DNA of 64,000 bases, taken from assembly GCF_006345805.1 (NCBI RefSeq), contig NC_043024.1:10168001-10232000 (forward strand), read 5' to 3'. How positions within the stretch are numbered: position 1 is the first letter of the stretch; each line of letters opens with the position of its first letter. A program made the position numbers and the translations under genes. Positions 10,750 through 22,608 of the stretch are shown here, piece by piece. Source of the stretch: Octopus sinensis (lineage: Eukaryota). Below the pieces are notes generated by a model. It was not told where the DNA came from. It was given only the letters and a program-made list of their open reading frames with translations, and made no database searches.

Positions 10750-11645
10750 GTAACTGTTTATTGATGATGTCAAACTGGTCGCTCCTCGCGGTGATATAGA
10801 GGATCTTCGTCGATGCCTCCACCAAATTTGGAGATGGTCTAACGAATGAGACCTGTGTCTGAACGTGTCAAAGTGCTGTCATCTGCCTGTTGGCTCTCCT
10901 CTTGCAACTCAACTTGATTTTGAGCTGGATCGTCTGCTGCTGGAGAGGACCGATCAGGTAAAGGACCTGGGTATCTTGGTGGATTTCTCCTTTTCGCCTT
11001 CGGCCCAGTGCGTCCAAGCTGCCAACAAAGCATGCGGAATTCTGTTCTTGATTCGACGGTCATTCGGAATGCTCACAGCAGCCATATTCCTACCGCTCTA
11101 TGTCACGCTGGTGAGACCCATATTGGAGTACGGGATTCAAGCCTCTTCTCCTTATCTCCTCAAAGACATACAGCATCTCGAAAGAGTCCAGAAGCTGGCT
11201 ACCCGCATGGTTCTTGGTCTCAAGAATTTGTCTTATGAAGAAAGGCTGAAGACGCTCGACCTTTATTCTCTAGAAAAACGACGACGCCATGGTGACCTCA
11301 TTCTTGCCTACAATACCATAAGTGGAAAGTGTAACCTCTCGAAAGAGCTGTTCTTCACTCCTGCTTCAGAGCGTCGGCTGCGGGGTCATTCCGAAAAGCT
11401 CTATCTACGACGATTTCATCTCAATCGAAGGAGAAGAGCTTTCTCCGTCCGGGTTGTGGATCCGTGGAATAAGCTGCCGGACGAGATAGTGAAGATGCCG
11501 ACGACCGCTTTGTTCAAAGTCTCTCTTGACCATAAATGGCCTGAACTCTTTGCATGAACACCCTCCCTGTACATAACTCCATGTCCCCCTACATGGCCTT
11601 GCTTTTTGCTTTTTGAGCCAAAAAATTAACTAACTAACTAACTAA
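10750..11645 (+). mobile_element. CR1/L2-type LINE 3' end (RT C-terminus) with (AACT)n tail
   Basis: ...LFIDDVKL..., ORF 10865-11557 VKDLGILVD...YVTLVRPILEYG...WNKLP; TAACTAACTAAC tail. Confidence 0.9.
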
Positions 11646-11697
11646 CTATTGAATTTTCCATGTTAACAGTAAACAAAGGATATTTCATTCATCCATT

Positions 11698-11739
<42 letters not shown>

Positions 11740-12320
11740 TGTATGTATTTATATATAAGAGGAATGGAAGATGGAGACAAACACACTGACAAATGAAGTG
11801 AGTTCATGGCTCGCAGGATGCCCTGCTGTGGTAACCTTGGATCGTAGAGTGACCTGCTGTGCTTGAAGAGACGTATTGAGTCAAGTATGTCAACATCAAA
11901 ATAAAAGTCAAATGGAAATTGTAGTTGTGAGCCCTGTGCCGGTGGCATGTAAAAAGCACCATTAGAACGTGGCAGATGCCAGCGCCACTTGATTGACATT
12001 CGTGTCGGCGACACGTAAAAAGCACCAGTCGATCGTGGCTGTTTGGCAGCCTCCTTTGGCCCCTGTGGCGGTGGCACGTAAAAAGCACGCTCTACACTCA
12101 CGGAGTGGTTGGCGTTAGGAAGGGCATCCAGCTGTAGAAACACTGTCAGATCAGGCAGGAGCCTGGTGCAGCCTCCTGGCTTCCCAGATCCCGGTCGAAC
12201 CGTCCAACCCATGCTAGCATGGAAAATGGACGTTAAACGATGATGATGTATATATATACATATATACATATATATATATATATAGTTGTTTGTATTATTG
12301 TTGTCCTTCATGTTTTACAG

Positions 12321-12445
12321 GGGGCTGTAACATTGAGGGTGAAGATGATAGCTATGACTTTGGTTCCGGTGCTGGTTTCTATGTGGATGCAACTCAACCA
12401 AAATGGAGCACCAACTACCGAATGTATTCTTACATTGTCAAAGAA
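12321..12445 (+). CDS. ESD: ESD coding exon 4
   Basis: tttacag|[43 protein letters not shown]|gtaagt. Confidence 0.97.
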
Positions 12446-12513
12446 GTAAGTTCTACCATTTTACAACATTTTACCGCCACCATCACCACCACCACCACCT
12501 TTATTTCATGTCA

Positions 12514-12816
12514 CCTTTATATATAAAACTGAAGTTGTGTGTGTGTCTGTCTACTCCGATTTAGATTCCTAACTACTACCACATTTTGCGGTGCAGTTTA
12601 ACCAAAAGCGGGTATCCTATAGTCGTGATTCATATTGAGTCCTTCTGGGTATTAGCGCGCGTCTACGATGAGTCTACAATTTTAAAAAATATTTACCATC
12701 ATTTTTTCGTTTTTTTAATGCATTTTTTGCTCTGTTTATATAAGGGAAGTAACTCTCTAAAATGCTTATATAGTTATTTCCCTTACAAACCCGAGCAACG
12801 CCGGGCGATACTGCTA

Positions 12817-12817
<1 letters not shown>
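12514..12817 (+). mobile_element. Non-autonomous Helitron-like element
   Basis: 5' (T)CTTTATATATAAAA; 3' hairpin CCCGAGCAACGCCGGG then CTAG|T; second copy at 26820-27219 (-). Confidence 0.75.
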
Positions 12818-12853
<36 letters not shown>

Positions 12854-12892
12854 GATTCATGTGTAACAAACCGTGATTTTGATGTATTTCAG

Positions 12893-12957
12893 CTGCCAAA
12901 ATTGATAGAATCCAACTTCCCAGTCTTACCAGAAAAGAAATCCATTTTTGGCCATAG
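12893..12957 (+). CDS. ESD: ESD coding exon 5
   Basis: tttcag|LPKLIESNFPVLPEKKSIFGH AG|gtgagt; begins the GHSMG nucleophile motif. Confidence 0.96.
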
Positions 12958-13242
12958 GTGAGTCAGAAATTTCTTTTCTTTGACCCTTTGCCATCCCTTG
13001 TCCCTTCATGCCCCTAAAAAAAACAAAGTCTTTAAAAAATTTCACTGATTTTAGATTAAACTTTTATGGTAATCTTTCACGGTCTGGAACAGAAGGACCC
13101 TATGCGACTGTTCGCTACGGGTGTCGACCCCCTACTGAACATGCCGTATGCTCAGTCCGATTCTTCCTGGCAAGATCATGTCCAAACAAGTAGGGGCAGG
13201 TTTGCGTTGCGAAAATGCAACCAAGGAAATATTTTAAGAATA

Positions 13243-14085
13243 AAAGGGGCTAAACATAGAGGGAACAAACAAGGACAGACAAATGGATTAAATCGATTAC
13301 ATCGACCCCAGTGCGTAACTGGTACTTAATTTATCGACCCTGAAAGGATGAAAGGCAAAGTCGACCTCGGTGGTATTTGAACTCAGAACGTAACGGCAGA
13401 CGAAATACCTATTTTTTTACTACCCAAAAGGGGCTAATCATAGAGGGAAGAAACAAGGGCAGACAAACGGATTAAATCGATTACATCGATCCCCAGTGCA
13501 TCACTGGTACTTAATTTATCGACCCCGAAAGGATGAAAGGCAAAGTCGACCTCGGCAGAATTTGAACTCAGAACGTAACGGCAGACAAAATACCTATTTC
13601 TTTACTACCCAAAAGGGGCTAAACATAGAGGGAACAAATTAAGTACCAGTGACGCACTAGGGTCGATATAATCAACTTAATCCGTCTGTCTGTCCTTGTT
13701 TGTCCTCTCTGTGGGCCTTGTGGGCAGTAAAGAAAAAGGTATTTTGTCTGCCGTTAAATTTTGAGTTCAAATTCCGCCGAGGTCGACTTTGCCTTTCATC
13801 CTTTCAGGATCGATAAATTAAGTACCAGTTACGCACTGGGGTCGATATAATCGACTTAATCCCTTTGTCTGTCCTTGTTTGTACTTTGTGTGTTTAGCCC
13901 CTTGTGGGCAGAAAAAAAAAACGTATTTTGTCTGCCGTTAAATTTTTGAGTTCAAATTCTGCCGAGGTCGACTTTGCCTTTCATCCTTTCGGAGTCGATA
14001 AATAAAGTACCAGTTAATCAACTTAATCCATTTGTCTGTCCCTGATTGTCCCCTCCGTGTCTAGCCCCTTGTGGGCAGTAAAGAA
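13243..14085. mobile_element. Two SINE family A dimers in inverted orientation, fused near 13630
   Basis: 13243-13632 reads as the element on the - strand, 13630-14085 on the + strand. Confidence 0.8.
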
Positions 14086-14278
14086 ACAACAAACATATAT
14101 ACAATGGGCTTCGTTTAGTTTCTGTCTCCCAAATCCACTCAAGGGTTTGATCTCCCTGAGGCTATAGTAGAAGACATTCACCCAATCTGCCAGGTAATGG
14201 GACTGAACCTGGAACCATGGGGTTGGGAAGCAAACTTCTTACCACTCAACCACACCTGTACCTGTAATTACCTTCTTA

Positions 14279-14517
14279 ATGGCGGTGAGCTGGCAGAATC
14301 GTTAGCACGCCGGGCGAAATGCGTAGCTGTATTTTGTCTACCGTTACGTTCTGAGTTCAAATTCCGCCGAGGTCGACTTTGCCTTTCATCCTTTCGGGGT
14401 CGATTAAATGAGTACCAGTTACGCACTGGGGGTCGATGTAATCGACTTAATACCTATGTCTGTCCTTGTTTGTCCCCTCTATGTTTAGCCCCTTGTGGGT
14501 AATAAAGAAATAGGTAT
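14279..14517 (+). mobile_element. Full-length monomeric SINE family A
   Basis: GGCGGTGAGCTGGCAGAATCGTTAGC...GAGTTCAAATTCC...tail AATAAAGAAATAGGTAT. Confidence 0.85.
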
Positions 14518-14702
14518 CTTTCAGCTTCTCTGTGTTCCTTACTCTCATGGATTTGGTTGGCCCAGGGCTGTTTTAGAAGTCAGTAGGATTGAACCTGGCC
14601 CCACATGTTTGGAACCATGGGGACTGGGAAGCAAACTTCTTACCACTCAACCACACCTGTACCTGTAATTACCTTCTAATTATCCCCTTCTTTATGTTGC
14701 AG

Positions 14703-14856
14703 CATGGGCGGACATGGTGCCTTGGTGATAGCCTTAAAGAATCCAACAGGGTACAAGTCTGTGAGTGCCTTTGCCCCAATCTGTAACCCAGTTAAATGTA
14801 ACTGGGGTAAAAAGGCCTTTACAGGGTATTTGGGTGAAAAGGAAGATGATTGGCAT
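14703..14856 (+). CDS. ESD: ESD coding exon 6
   Basis: ttgcag|[52 protein letters not shown]|gtaagt; the catalytic Ser codon is split AG|C. Confidence 0.97.
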
Positions 14857-14890
14857 GTAAGTATTAATAAATTTTATCATCATCAGCAGC

Positions 14891-15072
14891 ATATGTTTTT
14901 ATGTGCTACTATTAGTTTCATGTGCTGAGAGCATGCCAAACAGCATTTTTGAACAAGTCTGGTGTCCTATAGCACAATGCCTGATGGTTTTGCTAGGACA
15001 CCAGACATGTTAAAAAATATTGCCTAGCATGTTCTCAGCATATAAAATTAATAGTAGCACATAAAAACATAT
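14891..15072. repeat. Foldback hairpin, ~85-nt arms
   Basis: ATATGTTTTTATGTGCTACTATTA...GTCTGGTGTCCTA is complementary to TAGGACACCAGAC...TAATAGTAGCACATAAAAACATAT. Confidence 0.85.
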
Positions 15073-15135
15073 ATTGTGTTTATCAAATGATATTTATCTC
15101 TCACCAGACGGAGTACATTTTTGTGTTGATCTGAC

Positions 15136-15921
15136 CATTGTGGATTCTTGCTGAGCTGCAAACGATGATGTCACTGATTGTTGCTGAACTGCAAATGATG
15201 ATGTCACTGATTGTTGCTGAACTGCAAATGATGATGTCACCGATTGTTGCTGAACTGCAAATGATGATGTCACCGATTGTTGCTGAACTGCAAACGATGA
15301 TGTCATTGATTGTTGCTGAGCTGCAAATGATGATGTCATTGATTGTTGCTGAGCTGCAAACGATGATGTCACCGATTGTTGCTGAACTGCAAATGATGAT
15401 GTCATTGATTGTTGCTGAGCTGCAAACGATGATGTCACCGATTGTTGCTGAACTGCAAACGATGATGTCATTGATTGTTGCTGAGCTGCAAACGATGATG
15501 TCACCGATTGTTGCTGAACTGCAAATGATGATGTCATTGATTGTTGCTGAGCTGCAAATGATGATGTCACCGATTGTTGCTGAACTGCAAATGATGATGT
15601 CATTGATTGTTGCTGAGCTGCAAACGATGATGTCACCGATTGTTGCTGAACTGCAAATGATGATGTCATTGATTGTTGCTGAGCTGCAAACGATGATGTC
15701 ACCGATTGTTGCTGAACTGCAAATGATGATGTCATTGATTGTTGCTGAGCTGCAAATGATGATGTCACCGATTGTTGCTGAACTGCAAATGATGATGTCA
15801 CTGATTGTTGCTGAACTGCAAATGATGATATCACCGATTGTTGCTGAACTGCAAATGATGATGTCATTGATTCTTGATGAGCTGCAAACGATGACGTCAC
15901 TGATTGTTGCTGAACTGCAAA
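15136..15921. repeat. 33-bp minisatellite, ~24 units
   Basis: Unit GATGATGTCA(CC/TT)GATTGTTGCTGA(A/G)CTGCAAA(T/C). Confidence 0.95.
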
Positions 15922-16104
15922 TTGTGATCTCACATTCTTTAGAACATTGACACACAGACACACACACACATACACAATCCACAGAGGTGTACATAACTTG
16001 AGGAGAGCAACATGTCAGTAAACAACCAGGTTTAATCATGAAATATTTGAAGAACTGATCGTTTTGAAGTCTGTTTCTTAAATGTGTTTTTTTCATTTAC
16101 CTAG

Positions 16105-16170
16105 GAATATGATACCTGTAGTTTGATCAAGAAGAACGGAAGTCCATTTGCTGACATCCTCATTGACCAG
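16105..16170 (+). CDS. ESD: ESD coding exon 7
   Basis: acctag|EYDTCSLIKKNGSPFADILIDQ|gtaact; matches ESD YDAT..DILIDQ. Confidence 0.92.
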
Positions 16171-17165
16171 GTAACTGTAGTTAATCACTTTCTGACCCAC
16201 TTTGCAAAACAGGTATTCTAATAAGACGCACAGACACACCCAGGCACATTGTCTCTTTTGCCGAACCGCTAAGTTACGGTGAGGTAAACATACCAGCATT
16301 GGTTGTCAAATGATATTGGTGGGACAAACACGGACACACAAACACATACCTATATATACATATATACGACTGGCTTCTTTCAGTTTCCGCTGAGGTCAAC
16401 TTTGCCTTTCATCTTTTCAGGGTCGATAAAATAAGTACCAGTTTCGTACTGAGGTCAATCTAATTGGCTGGCCCCCCTCCCCCAATTACATCATCCATCA
16501 TCATCGTTTAATCCGTTTCCATGCTAGCATGGGTTGGATGATTTGACCAGGGTCTGGGAAGCCAGAAGGCTGCACCAGGCCAGTCTGATCTGGCAGTGTT
16601 TCTACAGCTGGATGCCCTTCAAATGCCAACCACTCCGTGAGTGTAGTGTGCTTTTTAAGTGCCACCGGCATAGGTATCATAACTACAATTTCATTTGATT
16701 TTATTTTGATGTTGGTGTTGATGTCCTTGACTCAATAGGTCTCCTCAGCACAGTGGGGTCACTCTACGATCCAAGGTTAGCACAGCAGGCCGTCCTGCGT
16801 GCATGAACTCACTTCATTTGTCGGGTTTGATTGAATTATGTGACTGCTAAAAGGTTGGTTTAGTATTGTAGAGTTGAGGCTATCATTAGGTGAGACAAGC
16901 TGACTGACAGGTGACGGTCGTTTAAAAAAAGCGCGGGCTAAAAACTACGCGCCTTCACTAGTCAGTTAAGGTGAGACAGTGTCACGTGACAACTTTGCTG
17001 GAGCCTATGCGGCAGGTATTTAAAGGGAAAAATTTGACAAGACAGTCAGTCACCGGCTGACACTCGCTGACGATACATCGAAGAGGCCAGGGAACAGAAG
17101 AAGAAGACATGCACCCAACACCAGAGCTGAAGACACCTCCAAAAGAGGAGCCCCGCCACGTCATA

Positions 17166-17272
17166 ACGGTAGAGGAGTAGGGGCCAAAACCGGACGTGGT
17201 TCCTCCTGATGATGTCTTGAGCTAACTGGATCCTATAAAGGAGCTGTTGTGGTAGCAGACACGAAACACGGT
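17166..17272 (+). ncRNA. Circularly permuted (type III-like) hammerhead motif
   Basis: ACGGTA|GAGGA...TCCTC-CTGATGA-TGTCT...AGACA-C-GAAAC-ACGGT; terminal ACGGT repeat with 102-nt period. Confidence 0.5.
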
Positions 17273-17342
17273 TGTAATTCCTCCATTTAGGATTGAAACC
17301 AGATTAGGTCTGGATTAATTGGGATTTTAATTTGTATTTTAG

Positions 17343-17438
17343 GGTTGGCTGATGACTTTCTAAAGGAGCAGTTATTAACAGAGAATTGGAGAAGGTACTG
17401 CGGAGAAAAATGTTGTAGCCACAGTCCGGAAACAAGAG
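17343..17438 (+). CDS. ESD: ESD coding exon 8 (frameshifted as assembled)
   Basis: ttttag|GG-LADDFLKEQLLTEN in one frame and AEKNVVATVRKQE|gtaaga in another; needs three single-base insertions. Confidence 0.85.
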
Positions 17439-18360
17439 GTAAGAACTTGGAATATCTCATCTTTTGCCGAACCGCTAAGTTACGGGGACATAAACACACA
17501 CATCGGTTATCAAGCGATGTTGGGGGGGACAACACAAAACATATACACACACACATACATATATATATATATTATATATATATATATATATACACACGCA
17601 CATGATGGGCTTCTTAAGTTTCCGTTCACCAAATCCACTCACAAGGCTTTGGTTGGCCCGAAGTATTGTAGAAGACACTTGCCCAAGGTGCCACGCAGTG
17701 GACTGAACCCGGAATCATGTGGTTGGTAAGCAAGCTACTTACCACACAACCCACTCCTAGTGTGTACTTTCCATACATAACAGAAGGTGTGATTTGATGG
17801 AGATTTGGTTGCTATTTCTGGCAGGACAAGTTGCTACGTAGAGGCTCTCGCTTTTATAGGAGTCCTTCAAAAGGGTTCTACTTGTTTTGGGAGTGAAAGA
17901 CTTAATCACTCACTGCTTTACACCACCACCACTGCCATTCTGATTCTTCTTGAGGGAATACATAAAGAAACATGTATGTCTGTGGAATACTCTACCACTT
18001 ACCAGTTCAGTTACTCAAACAACTGAATCCTTATCATCCAAAACTGAAGATCCATCATCATCACCATCGTCATCTTAATTGTCATCATCGTTAATTAACA
18101 TCTGGTTTTACATGCTGGCATGGGTCGGATGGATTGACAGGATCCAGTGAGTCTCCAGGGATGCCTTATGCTCCAATGGTTTTTTGCTGGATACGGCCCT
18201 TCCAACTAATACCAGCTATTACAGTATGTACTTAGTGCTGTTCTCGTGCTACAGGCACTAGTGAAGTTGCTGAGTAACTTGCTCAAGAGATAGAAGATCT
18301 AAGACTAAGTGTGTGTGTGTGTGTGTTTGTGCAGTATTTAAAAAATTTCAAAAAATTTTA

Positions 18361-18905
18361 CGTGCTGGTCCCCTTACATTTTTTTTCGATGATTTGCCGT
18401 CCCCTGTAAAATGCAGGATTATCAACATGGAAATTTTACATGCTAGTCCCCTTACAGTTTTTTTCGATGATTTGCCGTCCCCTGTAAAATGCAGGATTAT
18501 CAACATGGAAATTTTACATGCTAGTCCCCTTACAGTTTTTTTCGATGATTTGCCGTCCCCTGTAAAATGCAGGATTATCAACATGGAAATTTTACATGCT
18601 TAGTCCCCTTACAGTTTTTTTCGATGATTTGCCGTCCCCTGTAAAATGCAGGATTATCAACATGGAAATTTTACATGCTAGTCCCCTTACAGTTTTTTTC
18701 GATGATTTGCCGTCCCCTGTAAAATGCAGGATTATCAACATGGAAATTTTACATGCTAGTCCCCTTACAGTTTTTTTCGATGATTTGCCGTCCCCTGTAA
18801 AATGCAGGATTATCAACATGGAAATTTTACATGCTGGTCCCCCTTACAGTTTTTTTCGATGATTTGCCGTCCCCTGTAAAATGCAGGAGTATCAGCATGG
18901 AAAAA
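18361..18905. repeat. 78-bp tandem repeat, ~7 units
   Basis: Unit CATGCTAGTCCCCTTACAGTTTTTTTCGATGATTTGCCGTCCCCTGTAAAATGCAGGATTATCAACATGGAAATTTTA. Confidence 0.95.
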
Positions 18906-19099
18906 AATTACATACACTCGTGTACCGTAATTTCTGGACTATGAACCACAGTGCCCATAGATCTACAACCCCCCGAAAAACCATAAGTTAATCCAGGAAA
19001 TGCCCTATTGGGATACAATAAATGCACTTCAAAATATGGGAATCGGTTGGTTATAAGACAACAATGTTCCTGCCTCAAATGTCCATCTTCTATTTTCAG

Positions 19100-19177
19100 G
19101 GCTACGACCACAGTTACTACTTCATCGCATCTTTTATTGGTGACCACATTAAGCATCACGCTAAATATCTGAATTAA
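19100..19177 (+). CDS. ESD: ESD coding exon 9 (last)
   Basis: ttttcag|[25 protein letters not shown] with the catalytic His motif DHSYYF. Confidence 0.97.
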   Translation, partial: GYDHSYYFIASFIGDHIKHHAKYLN

Positions 19178-19226
19178 GGAAGCAGCTGCTGATATATAGA
19201 CCGTTTTTTCCTGCCGGTTGAAGTTT

Positions 19227-19914
19227 TCAGAAGAAATAACAGATTTATGTTTGGTATTTTTATAGCTAATTAAAATATGTGGTGCTAATCAATACCTCGT
19301 TATCAATTTTCTTTTCCTGCTTAATGCAGCATTTAAATAAAAAACGTAAACTTGTATTCCCAGAGTAGATCCATCACAAGCAAAAGCTTGTCCTAATTAT
19401 TTTCATAAGTTTGTCCTAAATCCCCCCCCCCCCACCTTTTAGTTGGCCGTTATTTTGCTTGTATTGAGTAATAGAAATATTTTCTTTGAGTAATATAAAT
19501 ATTTCCCTAACCCTAATTTCCTTTCAGAAGTCTTAAGTTACCCTGGTATTTCAGAAGAAATAACAGATTTATGTTTGGTATTTTTGTAGCTAATTAAAAT
19601 ATCCGGTGCTAATCAATACCTCGTTATCAATTTTCTTTTCCTGCTTAATGCAGCATTTAAATAAAAAACATAAACTTGTATTCCCAGAGTAGATCCTTCA
19701 CAAGAAAAAGCTTGTCCTAATCATTTTCATAAGTTTGTCCTAAGTCCCCCAGACCTTTTAGTTGGCCCTTGTTTTGTTTGTATTGAGTAATATAAATATT
19801 TCCCTAACCCTAAATTCCTTTCAGAAGTCTTAAGTTACTCTGGTATTTCAGAAGAAATAACAGATTTATGTTTGGTATTTTTATAGCTAATTAAAATATC
19901 TGGTGCTAATCAAT
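19227..19914 (+). repeat. Tandem duplication in the ESD 3' UTR, including the AATAAA signal
   Basis: TCAGAAGAAATAACAGATTTATG... at 19227, 19551 and 19848; AATAAA in the first two copies. Confidence 0.9.
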
Positions 19915-20625
19915 AATGATTTCTATACTTCCAGAGGTCTACTGATGCTGGTGTGTTTACGTCCCCGTAACTTAGCACTTCAGCAAAAGAGACTGATAGA
20001 ATAAGTACTAGGCTTACAAAGAATGTCTTGGGGTCGATTTGCTCGACTAAAGGCGGTGCTCCAGCATGGCCACAGTCACATGGCTGAAACAAGTAAAAGA
20101 GTAAATAGAAGAAAGGGAATAATCATACAAAGATTCTGAATAATTTGATAATTAAAAGAAATTATTAATTAAAAGAAATTATTAATTAAATGTTTTATGT
20201 TGGTAAATGAAAGATTATAAAAAATAACAGAAAAGATAAAAAAACATCTGAGTTCTGAAATAGAAATACATGATATTATAATATATTATAATAAATTTTA
20301 ATACATTATAATAAATTTTAATATGGGTGGACACTCAGCTTAGCAGTAGGTCTTAAAAGGACCTGTTTGGAAAAAAAATACATGGGGTCAGAAGGATATA
20401 GCACAAGGCTGACAGAGGCGGGAAGTGATGAAATGGAGGAGTAAAAAGGGTTATGTCTATTTGGGGCACGCAGTGGAGATGGATTGAGATGTGGATGTTG
20501 AAATCTTAAAGATAATAAGGGTAGGATGGAAGGTGTTTAACTTAAAGGATGTACTCCAAACAAAGGTAGACAATGCCATAAGGGCCAGACTCTTTAATAG
20601 CATCATCGTACCTGTGCTCCTATAG

Positions 20626-21170
20626 GCGCGGAGTGGCTGTGTGGTAAGTAGCTTGCTAACCAACCACATGGTTCCAGGTTCAGTCCCACTGCATGGCATC
20701 TTGGGCTAGTGTTTCTGCTATAGCCCGGCCGACCAATGCCTTGTGAGTGGATTTGGTAGACGGAAACTGAAAGAAGCCCATCGTATATATTGTATAAATA
20801 TATATATATATTTATATACCGACCACATGGTTCTGGGTTCAGTCCACTGCGTGGCATCTTGGGCAAGTGTCTTCTACTATAGCCCCGGGCCGACCAAAGC
20901 CTTGTAAGTGGATTTGGTGGACGAAACTGAAAGAAGCCTGTCGTATATATGTATGTATATGTGTGTGGTGTATGTCTGTTTGTCCCCCTAGCATTGCTTG
21001 ACAACCGATGCTGGTGTGTTTACGTCACCATCACTTAGCGGTTCGGCAAAGAGGACCGATAGAATAAGTACTGGGCTTACAAAAAGAATAAGTCCCGGGT
21101 CAATTTTCTCGACTAAAGGCAGTGCTCCAGCATGGCCGCAGTCAAATGACTGAAACTAGTAAAAGAAAAA
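20626..21170 (+). mobile_element. SINE family B with duplicated head
   Basis: Same head/body/(AAAAGAGT)n-type tail architecture as 56385-56783. Confidence 0.8.
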
Positions 21171-21189
21171 AAGAAAAGAATATGTAGGT

Positions 21190-21560
21190 GAGACATGGGG
21201 CTACTACGAAGAGGAGAGGACATCGATTGTCTACGACGCAAAGGGCCATGGGAATATCCGTGCTAGGAATATCATTAAGGGAGCACATTCGGAAAGAGAT
21301 CATTCGAGAACGGAGCAGAGTGAACGATGTGATGGCAGAGTACCGAAGGAACAAGTTCCATTGAGCTGGATATGTCGCAAGGTTCACAGACAACAGGTGG
21401 AGCTGTGCAGTTGCTGTGTGGTAGCCAAGAGATTGGAAAAGGCCGCTTGAAAAGCTTCCACGACGATGGGAAGACAATTTTGGTCCAGATGGAAAAGAAT
21501 GGCCCATCAAGACAAAATTGGAAGCGTATTGTGACCAGAGGTATAGACCCTACCTTCACC
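21190..21560 (+). mobile_element. Degenerate RTE-clade LINE 3' fragment
   Basis: Translates to IIRERSRVNDVM...AGYVARFTDNRWS...PRDWKRP..PRRWED, typical of the RTE C-terminus; contains stops. Confidence 0.7.
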
Positions 21561-21851
21561 TGCCCTTGCCCCATCACCAAAAAAAAAAATATCAAAGTGT
21601 TGAGCTCAACAAGGTTTGAACCTGGAACATTAAGATATGTAAGTCAATACAGCAAATACATATTGTGCACGTGACTGTACTGATTCAGTGGACCGTGGCC
21701 ATGCTGGGGCACCAGTCGGTGCTTAACATTATTTACATCTTTTCAGATCTTGTTTAGGGAGTCTTTGAAGTTACATTTTGCCACCGAGGGACACAACTCA
21801 ATACACATGAAAACATTAACATAGACACATATATATATATATACACCTCCC

Positions 21852-21907
<56 letters not shown>

Positions 21908-22226
21908 ATATATATATATATATATACGATCAGTAGCGACACCTGCAAGTCTGACTACGCTGCATTGATAAGGGGCAACAACCCTAAAACGTCTGTAGCT
22001 GTCTGACTGGCAGGATGAAGCGGCTGACCTCCCTTGTTCGAAGGGTTGTAATGGACGCAGGTTCGTGTGTCAAATAGCTAGCTTGAGGCGATGGCCTCTT
22101 GGAGCTAATCAGCGACAGCTTTAGTCTTATATTTATAAGACTGCCATATTAGTATGGCGATAACTATTAATTTCCAGTAACGCTGCCATAATCTCCTTTA
22201 GAGAGACTTTGTAATTTTAATATTTC

Positions 22227-22266
<40 letters not shown>

Positions 22267-22330
22267 CACACACCACAGATACACACACATGCACATACAC
22301 ACGAATATATATATATTATGTGAACAAAAT

Positions 22331-22608
22331 TTAGAAATCATGGTTACAGCGTAGTTTCAATGGATTGTTTTGGCACAGGTTCAGTTGTTTTTTGCGGCAC
22401 GAACAGCAGGCAGCCATACGTTTGACGAGCCTGGAAATGTAGGAATTATAAGCTGGACAAAATGGTACGTAAACAGGCCAATTCCACCTGTCAACCAGTT
22501 TCTGTATTGGTCGTGGGAATGAGTACGTATCATAGGATTCGGAAGTGTTTTCAGCTTTGCTGTCAACAATATTGTCCCATTTGATAATTCCACGTTCTTC
22601 AGGTGTTC
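22331..22608 (-). CDS. SLC23-like: SLC23/NAT transporter, last coding exon (13)
   Basis: tttcag|GA TPEERGIIKW...SYDTYSFP...VPFCPAY...HDF*. Confidence 0.92.

Noticed and set aside
14279-14380. tRNA genes at SINE heads (also 29907, 33620, 56385)
   Set aside because: A/B boxes are present but each continues into a repeated SINE body; no complete cloverleaf could be built
15094-16096. 270-331-aa ORFs on both strands
   Set aside because: Produced by a 33-bp (11-codon) intronic minisatellite; no non-repetitive domain
17345-17605. Independent 86-aa ORF MADDFLKEQ...
   Set aside because: It is the frameshifted ESD exon 8 reading on into the intron
15136-18905. CRISPR-like appearance of the 33-bp and 78-bp arrays
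   Set aside because: No unique spacers, eukaryotic context and no cas genes
19505-19515. CCCTAACCCTAA telomere-like motif (also ~19802)
   Set aside because: Only two units, within a duplicated UTR segment
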